Part shown: positions 1 to 9,945 of the stretch, piece after piece
How positions within the stretch are numbered: position 1 is the first letter of the stretch
Layout: each line of letters begins with the position of its first letter
Assembly (NCBI GenBank): GCA_963743855.1
Contig: CAVURK010000006.1
Coordinates: forward strand, 36,234-100,233
Direction: 5' to 3'
Origin: an uncultured Chloroflexia bacterium
Lineage (GTDB): Bacteria > Chloroflexota > Limnocylindria > Limnocylindrales > CSP1-4
DNA: 64,000 nucleotides
Position numbers and translations under genes: made by a program
Notes under the pieces: model-generated
Told to the model about the DNA's origin: nothing
Databases searched by the model: none
What the model saw: the letters and a program-made list of their open reading frames with translations, nothing else

Positions 1-85
1 GCCGCCGGCACGCTCGACGGTCGGCGTCGCCGCGCTCCCGAAGGGGGCCAAGGTCGAGATCGAGGTCATCGCCCGCCTCGGTTGA
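1..85 (+). CDS. RidA/YjgF/UK114 family reactive-imine deaminase, 3' end only
   Basis: Frame 2 reads PPARSTVGVAALPKGAKVEIEVIARLG*, the typical RidA C-terminal motif; stop TGA at 83-85. Confidence 0.85.
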   Translation, partial: PPARSTVGVAALPKGAKVEIEVIARLG

Positions 86-111
86 CACCCCCGACGAGCC
101 ACCCCTACGAT
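82..111 (+). promoter_or_regulatory. sigma70-type promoter upstream of glmU
   Basis: TTGACA (82-87), 18-nt spacer, TACGAT (106-111). Confidence 0.6.
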
Positions 112-211
112 GCCCCGACCCTGTGATGACTCCTGAAACCCTCGCGCCGGGCCCCGCTGGGGCCGGGAGCGACCACCGCTCTGCGACCCGGGCCCGACGG
201 CGCCGCCCCTC

Positions 212-1693
212 GTGAACCCCCCAAGTCCCGCGCCGACATCCGGCACGGTCGCGGTCGTCCTTGCGGCCGGCCTCGGCACACGGATGCGCTCGGCCGTCCC
301 CAAGGTCCTCCATCCGCTGTGCGGACGTCCGATGCTGGCCTACGCGCTCGACGCCTGGGCGACCACCGAGGCTGCCGCGGTCGGCGGCCGGCCGGTCGTC
401 GTCTTCTCGCCGACGGTCGCGGCGATCATCGATGCATTCGCCGATCGCGCGGTCTTCGCGCTCCAGGACGTCCCGCGCGGGACCGGCGATGCCCTCGCGG
501 CCGCGCTGGCCGTCGTCCCGGCGACTGCCAGCGAGATCCTCGTGCTGTCGGGTGACGTGCCGCTGGTCACCGGCGCCGACCTCGACACGATCCTCGAGGC
601 GCGTCGCGAGGACGACGCCGCGATCGCGCTCGCGAGCGTCTACGCCGCCGACCCGGCCGAGCTCGGCAGGGTCGTCCGCGGCGAGTTCGGCACCGTCGAG
701 CGGATCGCCGAGGCGCGCGACGCCACGCCCGACGAGCTGGCGGGCAACGAGATCAACGCGGGGCTGTACGCCTTCGACGCTGCCTGGCTGCGCCGCCGGA
801 TCGACGCCCTGACGCCGTCGGCGGCGACCGGTGAGCTGTACCTGACCGACCTGATCCGGCTCGCCCGCGAGGACGGCCGGCTGGTCAGCGCCGTGGCCTT
901 CGAGGACGACGGGCGGTTCGCCGGCATCAACGACCGCTCCCAGCTGGCCGCCGCGGAGTGGACGCTGCGGGTCCGGCTCAACGAGGCCCACATGCGCGCC
1001 GGGGTCACCATGCGCGACCCGTCGACGGCCTATCTCGACTGGACCGTCGAGCTGGGCGAGGACGTCGTCCTCGAACCCGACGTCATCCTGCGCGGGACCA
1101 CGACCGTCGGCGCGGGGAGTGTCATCGGCGCCGGCAGCCAGCTCATCGATGCGACGATCGGGGCCGGTGTCCGGGTCTGGGCCAGCATCGTCGAATCGTC
1201 GACGGTCGAGGACGACGCGACGATCGGTCCGTTCAGCCATCTCCGGCCGGGGACCGTCGTCGGCCGTGGCGCCGAGGTCGGCAACTACGCCGAGCTCAAG
1301 AACACCCGCCTCGGCGCGGGATCGCGCCAGCACCACATGAGCTACCTCGGCGACGCCGAGATCGGCGCGGACGTCAACATCGGCGCGGGCGCGATCACCG
1401 CCAACTACGACGGGACGCACAAGCACCCGACGACGATCGGCGCCGGAGCGTTCATCGGCGTCGACACCATGCTCGTCGCCCCGGTCGAGGTGGGCGAGGG
1501 CGCGCGGACCGGCGCCGGCGCGGTCGTCACCCGCGACGTCCCGGCGGGCAAGCTCGCGGTCGGCGTCCCGGCGCGCATCCGCGAGCCGCGTCAGCGTTCG
1601 GGCGAGACGACGGCCGGATCCGCGCCTGCGGCGACGCCGGGGCCAGGTCACCCATCCGAGCCCGAGGCCGCCCCCGACGAGCCGCCCGCCTAG
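212..1693 (+). CDS. glmU: bifunctional UDP-N-acetylglucosamine pyrophosphorylase / glucosamine-1-phosphate N-acetyltransferase
   Basis: LAAGLGTRM nucleotidyltransferase loop, ELYLTD, hexapeptide repeats with GPFSHLRPG, HMSYLGDA, NIGAGAITANYDG. Confidence 0.95.
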   Translation: MNPPSPAPTSGTVAVVLAAGLGTRMRSAVPKVLHPLCGRPMLAYALDAWATTEAAAVGGRPVVVFSPTVAAIIDAFADRAVFALQDVPRGTGDALAAALAVVPATASEILVLSGDVPLVTGADLDTILEARREDDAAIALASVYAADPAELGRVVRGEFGTVERIAEARDATPDELAGNEINAGLYAFDAAWLRRRIDALTPSAATGELYLTDLIRLAREDGRLVSAVAFEDDGRFAGINDRSQLAAAEWTLRVRLNEAHMRAGVTMRDPSTAYLDWTVELGEDVVLEPDVILRGTTTVGAGSVIGAGSQLIDATIGAGVRVWASIVESSTVEDDATIGPFSHLRPGTVVGRGAEVGNYAELKNTRLGAGSRQHHMSYLGDAEIGADVNIGAGAITANYDGTHKHPTTIGAGAFIGVDTMLVAPVEVGEGARTGAGAVVTRDVPAGKLAVGVPARIREPRQRSGETTAGSAPAATPGPGHPSEPEAAPDEPPA

Positions 1694-3023
1694 ATGGACT
1701 CCCTCCTGCAGATCCTGGTCATCGTCATCCTGACCTTCTTCGAGGGCGTCTTCGTGGCCTCCGAGATCGCCCTGGTGACGATGCGCCGGACGCGGATCGA
1801 TCAGCTCGCCGAAGAGGGCGATCGGGCAGCGGCGCGGGTCAAGAAGCTGGTCGCCCAACCGGGCCGCTTCCTCGCGGTCACCCAGATCGGCCTGACCTTC
1901 CTCGGCTTCCTGGCGTCGGCCTACGCCGCGGTCAACCTGACGGCCAGCCTCGAGAAGGTCCTCGAGCCGTTGATCGGGAATGCCGCGGCAGCCGCCGCGC
2001 TGATCGTCGTGACCCTGCTCCTGAGCCTGTTCACGATCGTCTTCGGCGAGCTCGTGCCCAAGAGCCTTGCCCTCGCCCATACCGAGCAGTTCGCGCTCCG
2101 TCTGAGCGGCTTCATCACCGTCCTGCTCCGGATCCTCGGCCCGCTGGTGGCGGCACTGACGGCGGTCACGAATGCCGTCGCCCGGATGCTCGGGGCCGGC
2201 GACGAGGCCCACGACGTGATGAGCACCCAGGAGCTGTCACTCCTCGTCGAGCGTGGTGGCGAGCAGGGGATCCTCGAGGCCGAGGAGGAGCAGATGATCC
2301 AGGCGGTCATCGAGCTCGGCGACCAGCGCGTCCACGAGGTCATGGTCCCGCGCATCGCGATGGTCTCGTTGCCGGCGGGTGCGACGCTCGAGGAGGCGAT
2401 CGACACGCTCATCGATCAGGGCCACAGCCGGATCCCGGTCTACGAGGAGACGATCGACGAGATCGTCGGGATCCTGTACGCCAAGGACCTGCTGCCGTTC
2501 CTCAAGGGTTCCGCCGCCGAGCGGCCGGCCCTTCGCTCGATCCTGCGCACGCCGGTCTTCGTGCCCGAGTCGATGAGCGTGGACGACCTGCTCCACGAGT
2601 TCCAGCGGCGGAAGGTCCACCTCGCGATCGTCCTCGACGAGTACGGCGGGACGGCCGGCCTGGTGACCATCGAGGACCTCCTCGAGGAGATCGTCGGCGA
2701 GATCCAGGACGAGTACGACGAGGAGGAGCCGCTCATCGTGCGGCTCTCCGACGACGAGGCCCGCATCGACGGCCGTGCCGACGTCGACGACCTCGCCGAG
2801 CTGTTCGACACGAACCTCGGGCTCGAGGATGCCGACGAGTACGACACCGTCGGCGGGCTCATCTACCACCGCATCGGCGGCGTCCCGAAACCGGGCGACC
2901 AGGTCGCTCGTCGATGGCCTCACCCTGACCGTCGAGACGACCGACGGGCGGCGTGTCGGGAAGGTCCTCGTGGTCCGCGATCGCGAGCGCGACGGCCCGG
3001 AGGACGACGAGGCCGATCGCTGA
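1694..3023 (+). CDS. CNNM/DUF21-CBS-CorC hemolysin-family membrane protein (frameshift near 2906)
   Basis: N-terminal TM helices, FVASEIAL, FGELVPK, CBS pair (GHSRIPVY, DEYGGTAGLVTIEDLLEEIVGEI); CorC tail (VDGLTLTVETTDGRRVGKV) continues in another frame to the stop at 3023. Confidence 0.9.
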
Positions 3024-3030
3024 CCGAGGG

Positions 3031-4057
3031 TCAGGCGCTGATCACCGAGACGATGATCTGCTCGAGCCGGGCGCGTGCCTCGGGCCTGACGACGCCCGCC
3101 GCGTCGAGCTCGGCCAGCGCCTCGTCCCGATGGCGGCGCGCCTCGTCGCGGGTGTACTCGCGGGCGCCGGTCCGCTCGAGGATGGCGATCACCTCGGCGA
3201 CCTCGCCGGCCGTCGGCTGGTCGAGGGCATAGAGCTCGACCAGGCGCGCGCGGTCCTCGGGGCCGGCGTGCTCCCAGGCGTAGATGACGGGCAGGGTCTT
3301 CTTGCGATGCGCGACGTCCGAGGGTTCCTTGCCGGTCGCCTGTTCCGGACCCCAGATGCCGAGCAGGTCGTCGTTGAGCTGGAAGGCCAGCCCGAGCGCC
3401 CAGCCGAAGGCGCGATAGCGGGCGATGACCTCTTCGTCGGTCGTGGCCAGCAGCGCGCCGGCCTCGATCGAGCCCGCGATCAGCGCCGCCGTCTTGCGCC
3501 CGATCATGTCGAAGTAGAGCTCGACGCTCATCAGGCCGTCCGAGGCGCTCATCGCGATGTCGAGGTACTGGCCCTCGCACAGGGCGAGGCAGGTCTCGTC
3601 GTAGAGGCGCATCAGGCGCAGCACCGTCCGGTCGGGGAAGCCGAGGTCGGTCAGCCGGTGGAGGGCGATCCGCGACAGGCTGAACAGCGTGTCGCCGGTG
3701 TTGATCGCCTGGGGGACGCCGTGGATGGTCCACAGGGTGGGGCGATGGCGACGCTCGACGTCGCCGTCCTCGATGTCGTCGTGGACGAGCGAGAAGTTGT
3801 GTCCGAGCTCGACCGCGGCGGCGCCGGGCAGCGCGCGCTGGTGCTCGCCGGTGATGCTCGCGTAGGCCAGCAGCCCGAGCAGCGGCCGCATCCGCTTGCC
3901 GCCGGAGGCACCCGAACCGTCGAGCGCGAGGTGGTAGCGGACCATCTCGTAGAGGCCGTGGGTCGAGGGATCGCGGTCCTGGACGAGGCGGACGATCTCG
4001 CCCTCGGTGTCGGCGATCAGCTCGGCGAGATCGATGCTCGGGGGACGTCGTCGTCAT
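3031..4057 (-). CDS. polyprenyl diphosphate synthase (GGPP synthase/IdsA-like)
   Basis: GGKRMRP, first Asp-rich motif HDDIEDGDVERR, GQYLD, KTA, second motif FQLNDD. ATG at 4057 needs one C removed from a C5 run near 4042. Confidence 0.9.
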
Positions 4058-4264
4058 GTCGGGCCGAGTGTACACGAAACGTGTACCACACAGGTAGCCT
4101 GATTGCCGCCGGCCGACCGCCACGACGGGATACGACGCCGGCGCGGGGGACGCGACCGCACCGGCGTCTATCGACCCCTACGCAGAACGGGCCGATCTGG
4201 ATCACTTCCTGTCGTTCCCGGGCCGGCCGGGCGGTTCGCGCCGCCCGGTGGTACCGTCGCGGCG

Positions 4265-5050
4265 ATGCCCATCCCGCGCCGGTACACGACCGAGGCCATC
4301 GTCCTGTCGCGCTTCGATCTCGGCGAGGCCGACCGCGTCCTGACGCTCATCACGCCGGGGATCGGCAAGCTCAAGGCGATCGCCAAGGGTGTCCGCCGGC
4401 CGACCTCGCGCCTCGGCGGCAGCCTCGAGCCGTTCGCCGAGCTGACCGTGGCGCTCGCGCGCGGCCGGACCTTCGATGTCGTCACCCAGGTCAGCGTCGG
4501 GCACGCCTGGCTCCGGCTCCGCGACTCGCTCGAATCGGCGGCCACCGCCTGGTACCTCGCCGAGCTGGCCGATCGCTCGCTCGAGGAGCGTCACGCGGCC
4601 GAGCCGCTCTACACGCTCCTGCGCCGCGCCTACGAGCTGCTCGACGCGGAGATGGCGCCCGGGCGTGTCGCACGCTGGTACGAGATGCACCTGCTCGATG
4701 AGCTCGGCCAGCGCCCCGAGGTGGACCGCTGTGTCGAGTGCGACCGGGTCCTCGAAGCCGACGAGCGCTTCCGCTGGGTCCCGCCGCTCGGCGGCATCCT
4801 GTGCGAACGCTGTCCGGGTCCGCCGCAGGACCGAACGGGGATCACGCTCGAGGCGGTCAAGCTGCTCAAGGCCTACCAGCGTCTCGACATCGAGGCGATC
4901 GCCGCGCTCCGCCTGTCGGCCTCGGTCGAACGCGAGGCGGAGGCCGCGCTGCGCGACTTCGTGCGGGTGGCGCTCGAGCGCGACGCACGCTCGCTGGCGT
5001 TCCTCGACGAGGTCCGCGTGCCGGCCCAGCCGCGGGCCGTTCGCCCGTGA
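4265..5050 (+). CDS. recO: DNA repair protein RecO
   Basis: EAIVLSRFDLGEADRVLTLIT..GKLKAIAKGVRRP OB fold; CVEC and CERC zinc ligands. Confidence 0.93.
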   Translation: MPIPRRYTTEAIVLSRFDLGEADRVLTLITPGIGKLKAIAKGVRRPTSRLGGSLEPFAELTVALARGRTFDVVTQVSVGHAWLRLRDSLESAATAWYLAELADRSLEERHAAEPLYTLLRRAYELLDAEMAPGRVARWYEMHLLDELGQRPEVDRCVECDRVLEADERFRWVPPLGGILCERCPGPPQDRTGITLEAVKLLKAYQRLDIEAIAALRLSASVEREAEAALRDFVRVALERDARSLAFLDEVRVPAQPRAVRP

Positions 5051-5080
5051 CGGCCGCTCGTGCGTGATGGCCTCCTGCCG

Positions 5081-6264
5081 ATGACAGCCGCTCGTCGCGC
5101 GTTCGCGGTCGGCGCCGCGGGGGTCGCCACTGCCGTCGGGGCGCGCGTCGTCGGCCGGCGGCTGATGGCCCGGACCGAGGCACGCCTGTGCACGACCGCG
5201 GACGTGCCGCCGGCCCATGTCTCGGATCGCGCCCGCGAGCTCCACCGTCGACTGTGGGTCGCCGACCTGCACGCCGACTCGCTGCTGTGGGGCCGCGACC
5301 TGCTGGAGCGCGCGGACCGCGGCCAGGTCGACGTCCCGCGCCTCATCGACGGCAACGTCGCGCTCCAGGTGCTGGCGGTGACGACCAAGTCGCCGCGCCA
5401 CCTCAACATCGAGCGCAACGACGACCGACAGCGACGACGTCCTCTTCCTGGCGCTCGCCCAGGGGTGGCCGCCGGCGACCTGGCGGCGGCTCCTCCCGCG
5501 CGCCCTCCACCTCGCGGGACGGGCCAAGGCGATGGCCGGGCGCTCCGATGGCCGCTTGACCGATCATCGCGTCGCGCGCCGATCTGACCGCCTACGAGAC
5601 GGCTCGTCGCGATCGACCGGCCATCACGGCCGCCCTCCTGTCGATCGAGGGTGCCCACGCGCTCGATGGCGATCCGGCGAACGTCGAGGTGGTCGCCGAC
5701 GCGGGCTTCCGGATGATGTCGCCGAGCCACTTCTTCGACAACGCGTTCGGCGGGTCCGCACACGGGATCGAAAAGGGCGGCCTGACGGCGCGCGGGCGCG
5801 AGATGGTCGAGCGGATGGAGGCGCGGCGGATGCTCGTCGACGTCGCCCACGCCTCGGCAGCGACGATCGACGACGTCCTGGCGATGGCGACGCGGCCGGT
5901 CGTCGCCTCGCACACCGGCGTCTGCGGCACGTGCGACAACGCGCGGAACCTCACCGATGCCCATCTGCGCGGGATCGCGGCGACCAGCGGCCTCATCGGG
6001 ATCGGCTTCTGGCCGACGGCCTGCGGCGGCGACGATGTTGCCGCGATCGCCCGATCGATCCGCTACGCCGTCGACGTGGCCGGCGTCGAGCACGTCGGGC
6101 TCGGCTCGGATTTCGACGGCGCGGTGCCGCAGCCGATCGATGCGACCGGGCTGGTCCAGCTGACCGACGCCCTGCTCGAGGCGGGTCTCGCCGACGACGA
6201 CGTGGCCCGGGTCATGGGCGGGAACGCCCGGCGCCTGCTGGCCGACGTCCTGCCCGACTGGTAG
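5081..6264 (+). CDS. membrane dipeptidase, peptidase M19 family (two frameshifts near 5430 and 5565)
   Basis: VADLHADSL, SIEG, VDVAHAS, VVASHTG, HVGLGSDFDG and MGGNARR motifs across successive frames. Confidence 0.85.
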
Positions 6265-6329
6265 CATCGACCGACCGACCCCTCCCGCGACCGACCATCC
6301 CAGGCACGGCCGCTCCCCGGAGACACCCC

Positions 6330-7751
6330 GTGACCGACGCCCCCACCCGCGACCCGAACGACGTTGCGCCCGCCGTTCCCGAGCTCGACACGATCGTCTC
6401 GTTGTCGAAGCGTCGCGGCTTCATCTTCCCGTCGTCGGAGATCTATGGCGGGATCAACGCCGTGTGGGACTACGGCCCGCTCGGTGTCGAGCTCAAGAAC
6501 AACGTCAAGCGGGCGTGGTGGCGGTCGATGGTCCAGGAGCGCGACGACATCGTCGGGCTCGACGCCGGGATCCTCATGCATCCGCAGGTCTGGGTGACGT
6601 CGGGCCATGTCGGCTCGTTCAGCGACCCGCTGGTCGAGTGCCAGACCGATCACCGGCGCTTCCGGCTCGACGAGCTGCCCGGCACCGAGGACCTGAGCGC
6701 GACGGACCTGGCCGACCCGACCATCGTCGAGCGTCTTGGCCTGCGCTGTCCGGTCGATGGCGGCCCGCTGTCCGCGCCGCGACGGTTCAACCTGATGTTC
6801 AAGACGTTCATGGGTCCGCTCGAGGACGACAGCGCGGTCATCTACCTGCGGCCCGAGACGGCGCAGGGTTCCTACGTCAACTTCAAGAACGTCCAGGGCT
6901 CGACGCGCAAGAAGCTCCCGTTCGGGATCGCCCAGATCGGCAAGTCGTTCCGCAACGAGATCAGCCCCGGCAACTTCGTCTTCCGGATGCGCGAGTTCGA
7001 GCAGATGGAGATGCAGTACTTCGTCCGGCCCGACGAGGCGGCCGCGGAGGCCTTCGAGATGTGGCTCCCGAAGCGCCGTGCCTGGTACGAGCGCTATGGC
7101 GTGACGCCCGAGCGGCTGCGCCTCCGCGAGCACGCGCCCGACGAGCTCGCCCACTACGCCAAGAAGGCGGTCGACGTCGAATACCGGTTCCCGTTCGGCT
7201 GGAAGGAGCTGGAGGGCGTCCACAACCGCGGCGACTTCGACCTGTCGCGCCACAGCGAGGCGTCGGGCGAGAAGCTCGAGTACTTCGACCAGGCGACCAA
7301 CGAGCACGTCATCCCATGGGTCGTCGAGACGGCCGCCGGCGCCGACCGGGCGGCATTCACCTTCCTGATCGACGCATATCGCGAAGAGGACGTCCGCGGC
7401 GAGACGCGGGTCTCACTGGCGCTCCATCCGGATCTCGCGCCATACAAGGTCGCGGTCCTGCCGCTGCTCAAGAAGCGCCCCGAGATCGTCGAGCTGTGCC
7501 ATCGCATCAAGGACGACCTCAAGCGCCACATGATGGCCGTCTACGACGACACGGCCGCGATCGGGAAGCTCTACCGCCGGCAGGACGAGATCGGGACGCC
7601 CTGGTGCATCACGGTCGACGTCGAATCGCTCGAGGACGGCGCGGTCACCGTTCGCGACCGCGACACGATGGCCCAGGAGCGGATCCCGATCGAGGGCGTG
7701 ACCCGGCTGATCGTCGACCGGCTCGACGCGGCTCGGAACGACCCGGGCTGA
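6330..7751 (+). CDS. glyS: glycine--tRNA ligase, homodimeric alpha2 type
   Basis: KRRGFIFPSSEIYGG, DYGPLG, YLRPETAQG, GKSFRNEI, FRMREFEQME and the IGKLYRRQDEIGTP anticodon-binding domain. Confidence 0.95.
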   Translation: MTDAPTRDPNDVAPAVPELDTIVSLSKRRGFIFPSSEIYGGINAVWDYGPLGVELKNNVKRAWWRSMVQERDDIVGLDAGILMHPQVWVTSGHVGSFSDPLVECQTDHRRFRLDELPGTEDLSATDLADPTIVERLGLRCPVDGGPLSAPRRFNLMFKTFMGPLEDDSAVIYLRPETAQGSYVNFKNVQGSTRKKLPFGIAQIGKSFRNEISPGNFVFRMREFEQMEMQYFVRPDEAAAEAFEMWLPKRRAWYERYGVTPERLRLREHAPDELAHYAKKAVDVEYRFPFGWKELEGVHNRGDFDLSRHSEASGEKLEYFDQATNEHVIPWVVETAAGADRAAFTFLIDAYREEDVRGETRVSLALHPDLAPYKVAVLPLLKKRPEIVELCHRIKDDLKRHMMAVYDDTAAIGKLYRRQDEIGTPWCITVDVESLEDGAVTVRDRDTMAQERIPIEGVTRLIVDRLDAARNDPG

Positions 7752-7781
7752 CCCGCCCGCGGGGATCGTCCTCCGCGAGAC

Positions 7782-8645
7782 CTACTCGTCGGCGTTCGCC
7801 TCGGCGGCGTCGATGGCGGCGGCCAGGTCCGCGCCGGCGACCCCACGCGGCTCCTTGCCCTTCGGCCAGTAGAGCTCCTTGTGGACCTGGTCCTCGGCGT
7901 AGCCGCGGTCGAGCAGGGTCGCCTCGGCGGACAGGATCATGTCCGGGTTGCCGCAGATGTAGGCGATCGAGTCGGCCGGCGTGAGCCCCAGCTCGTCGAG
8001 GACCGGACCGAGGATCATCTCGACCCGGCCGGTGCGGCCCATCCAGCCCTCGTTGCGCGGATCGTCCGGGCGCGAGACGGTCGGGATGTAGGTGACCGGG
8101 TAAGCGCCGGACTCCTGCCACTCGTCGAGGAGCCGGCGATAGCCGAGCTCGTCCGCGTACGAGACGCCGTTGAGGAAGATGACCCGCCGGGGTCGGCGAT
8201 CGATCAGGAGCTGACGCATCATCGCCACGAAGGGTGCGTTGCCGGTCCCCGACGAGATGAAGATGTGCGTCCGGTCGTCGTCGGGCTGGAGCATGAACTT
8301 GCCCTTCGGCCCGATCATCCGCATCCCGTGCCCGACCGGCAGCCGCCACAGCAGCGGCGTGAACGTCCCGCCCTGGACGAGGCGGACGTACATCTCGTAG
8401 CCGTCAGTCCCGGCCGTCGCCGGCGCCGATGCGACCGAGTACGGGCGCTGGACGATGCGTCCGTCGACCATCACCCCGATGGTCATGTACTGGCCGCTCT
8501 CGAACGGGGTCGGATCGCCGTCGAAGCGGATCCAGAAGTAGGCGAGTGAATCGTTCTCGTCGACCCGGCGGACGAGGGTCGCGTTGTACTGCTCGGCCGC
8601 GGGTTCGATGACCCGCGGGTCGTCGGGCAGGATCGTCTCGGTCAT
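7782..8645 (-). CDS. fpr: ferredoxin/flavodoxin--NADP+ reductase family oxidoreductase
   Basis: FESGQY, RPYS FAD motif, GGTFT, SSGTGNAPF, YICGNPDMI, ELYW. Confidence 0.85.
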   Translation of the reverse strand: MTETILPDDPRVIEPAAEQYNATLVRRVDENDSLAYFWIRFDGDPTPFESGQYMTIGVMVDGRIVQRPYSVASAPATAGTDGYEMYVRLVQGGTFTPLLWRLPVGHGMRMIGPKGKFMLQPDDDRTHIFISSGTGNAPFVAMMRQLLIDRRPRRVIFLNGVSYADELGYRRLLDEWQESGAYPVTYIPTVSRPDDPRNEGWMGRTGRVEMILGPVLDELGLTPADSIAYICGNPDMILSAEATLLDRGYAEDQVHKELYWPKGKEPRGVAGADLAAAIDAAEANADE

Positions 8646-8717
8646 GGTCGGGTTCGGCGCCTCCGTCGGGGTCGGTGGGTCGATGGTACCCGGGCGGGGG
8701 ACGGTCGATGAGACGAG

Positions 8718-8752
8718 ACGAGGCCCGGAGCGCGTCGCGCCCCGGGCCTCGT
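8718..8752 (-). terminator. long GC hairpin downstream of the 8797 gene
   Basis: Minus strand acgaggcccggggcgcg-a-cgcgctccgggcctcgt: about 16-bp stem with one G-U pair, followed by a pyrimidine-rich tail. Confidence 0.6.
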
Positions 8753-8796
8753 GGGGAGGAGCACCGACAGGAGTCAGGTCGGTGCCATGGATGGCG

Positions 8797-9480
8797 TCAG
8801 ACCGGACGGCTGGTGGACCTGCTGTCGGCACGGCCGATCGAGCACGCGAATGCGATCGCGCCGGTCGCGGCTGCGCTGGCTCCTGCCTGGGCGACCGCGC
8901 GGCCGGTCGCGGCCGTCTCGGCCCCGGCACAGGAGACGGTCGGGTTGAACGGCGTGAACAGGCCCGCCGGGTTGTCCTGGTAGAGCCACAGGTGGAGCGA
9001 GAAGAAGGCCGGGATGTCGTACCGGTTCGGCTCGCCGGTGGCCATGAACATCTCGCCGAACAGGCTCGGCATCTCCGAGCCGTGCTCGGCGATCCAGGGT
9101 GCCTGGAAGACGACGTATTCGAGCGCAACCAGGTGGAGCTTGCCGTGCTTGTCAGGCGCATAGACGAGCGCCTCCGGCTTGGTCGGATCGACGGTCGTGT
9201 CGAGCAGCGAGCCGTTGATGTAGTGGAAGCCCATCGCGCCCGTGCCGTCGAACGACGAGATGCACTCGTGGAGCGGCGCCGGTGCCGGAGGCTGGCCGTA
9301 GCCGGCATCGGCCGCCTGCTTCAGGCTCGCGAAGCGCGCCGTGGCGGCGCGCACCTCCGCGAAGGCGCTGCCATGTCCTGCCGGCGGGGCGGCGGTCGCA
9401 CCGGACACGGCCAGGCTGGCGAGCACGGTCGCCGAGAACAGGGCGGCTGCGAGCCGCCGGGACGTTCTTGTCATCGTCAT
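8797..9480 (-). CDS. secreted hypothetical protein with MGFHY / PEALVY / LHLW motifs
   Basis: Signal peptide MTMTRTSRRLAAALFSATVLASLAVSGATA; GAMGFHYIN, PEALVY, LVALEY and FSLHLWLY..NPAGLF motifs; ATGA overlap with the upstream gene. Confidence 0.75.
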   Translation of the reverse strand: MTMTRTSRRLAAALFSATVLASLAVSGATAAPPAGHGSAFAEVRAATARFASLKQAADAGYGQPPAPAPLHECISSFDGTGAMGFHYINGSLLDTTVDPTKPEALVYAPDKHGKLHLVALEYVVFQAPWIAEHGSEMPSLFGEMFMATGEPNRYDIPAFFSLHLWLYQDNPAGLFTPFNPTVSCAGAETAATGRAVAQAGASAAATGAIAFACSIGRADSRSTSRPV

Positions 9481-9726
9481 ACCTCGATCGGGAGTTCGTA
9501 GATCTCGGGGGTCGGGTGCCCGGCTCGTTCGTGGATCCGGAGCACGGACTCGCGGGATGGCCCGGTGGCCAGGCAGAAGACCTTGCCCGGCATCGGGGTC
9601 CAGCCAGGCATGCTCGAAGTTCACGCCCTCGTCGGCCTGGATCGCCAGGTCCTGTCGGTGTGCCTCCGCCAGCTGCTCGGCGCTCACCCCGAAGAAACCG
9701 GAATGCACGTCCATGAATTTCGCCAT
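9477..9726 (-). CDS. DUF4242 / SCO4226-like small metal-binding protein (frameshift near 9587)
   Basis: Repaired translation MAKFMDVH...AEAHRQDLAIQ...WLDPDAGKVFCLATGPSRESVLRIHERAGHPTPEIYELPIEV*; SD AAGGAGG upstream. Confidence 0.8.
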
Positions 9727-9800
9727 CGCGACCCTCCTTGGTGGATCGGCCCTTTCGGACCGTTGGCACAACGCAGACTCGATGCCGCCCGCGACCGCGT

Positions 9801-9913
9801 CATCGGGCGAACGACCGATGACCACCCCGAACGGGTGCCGAGATCGCGGGGCCGCCGCGTCCCGGCCGCACGAATCCCGAAACCCGGGGACGCCATCGGT
9901 CGAATGACCGATG
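9801..9913. promoter_or_regulatory. two copies of palindrome CATCGGTC-N4-GACCGATG, candidate operator
   Basis: catcgggcgaacgaccgatg at 9801-9820 (one mismatch) and catcggtcgaatgaccgatg at 9894-9913 (perfect), between divergent genes. Confidence 0.6.
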
Positions 9914-9945
9914 ACCGAGACGACCGCGTCCTACACTCTCCAGCC

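Noticed and set aside
6265-6329. T-box leader for glyS
   Set aside because: The intergenic region is only about 65 nt and has no T-box consensus or terminator.
8797-9825. Apparent fusion of DUF4242 with the secreted protein
   Set aside because: Caused by an extra base near 9587; repair gives two genes with an ATGA overlap.
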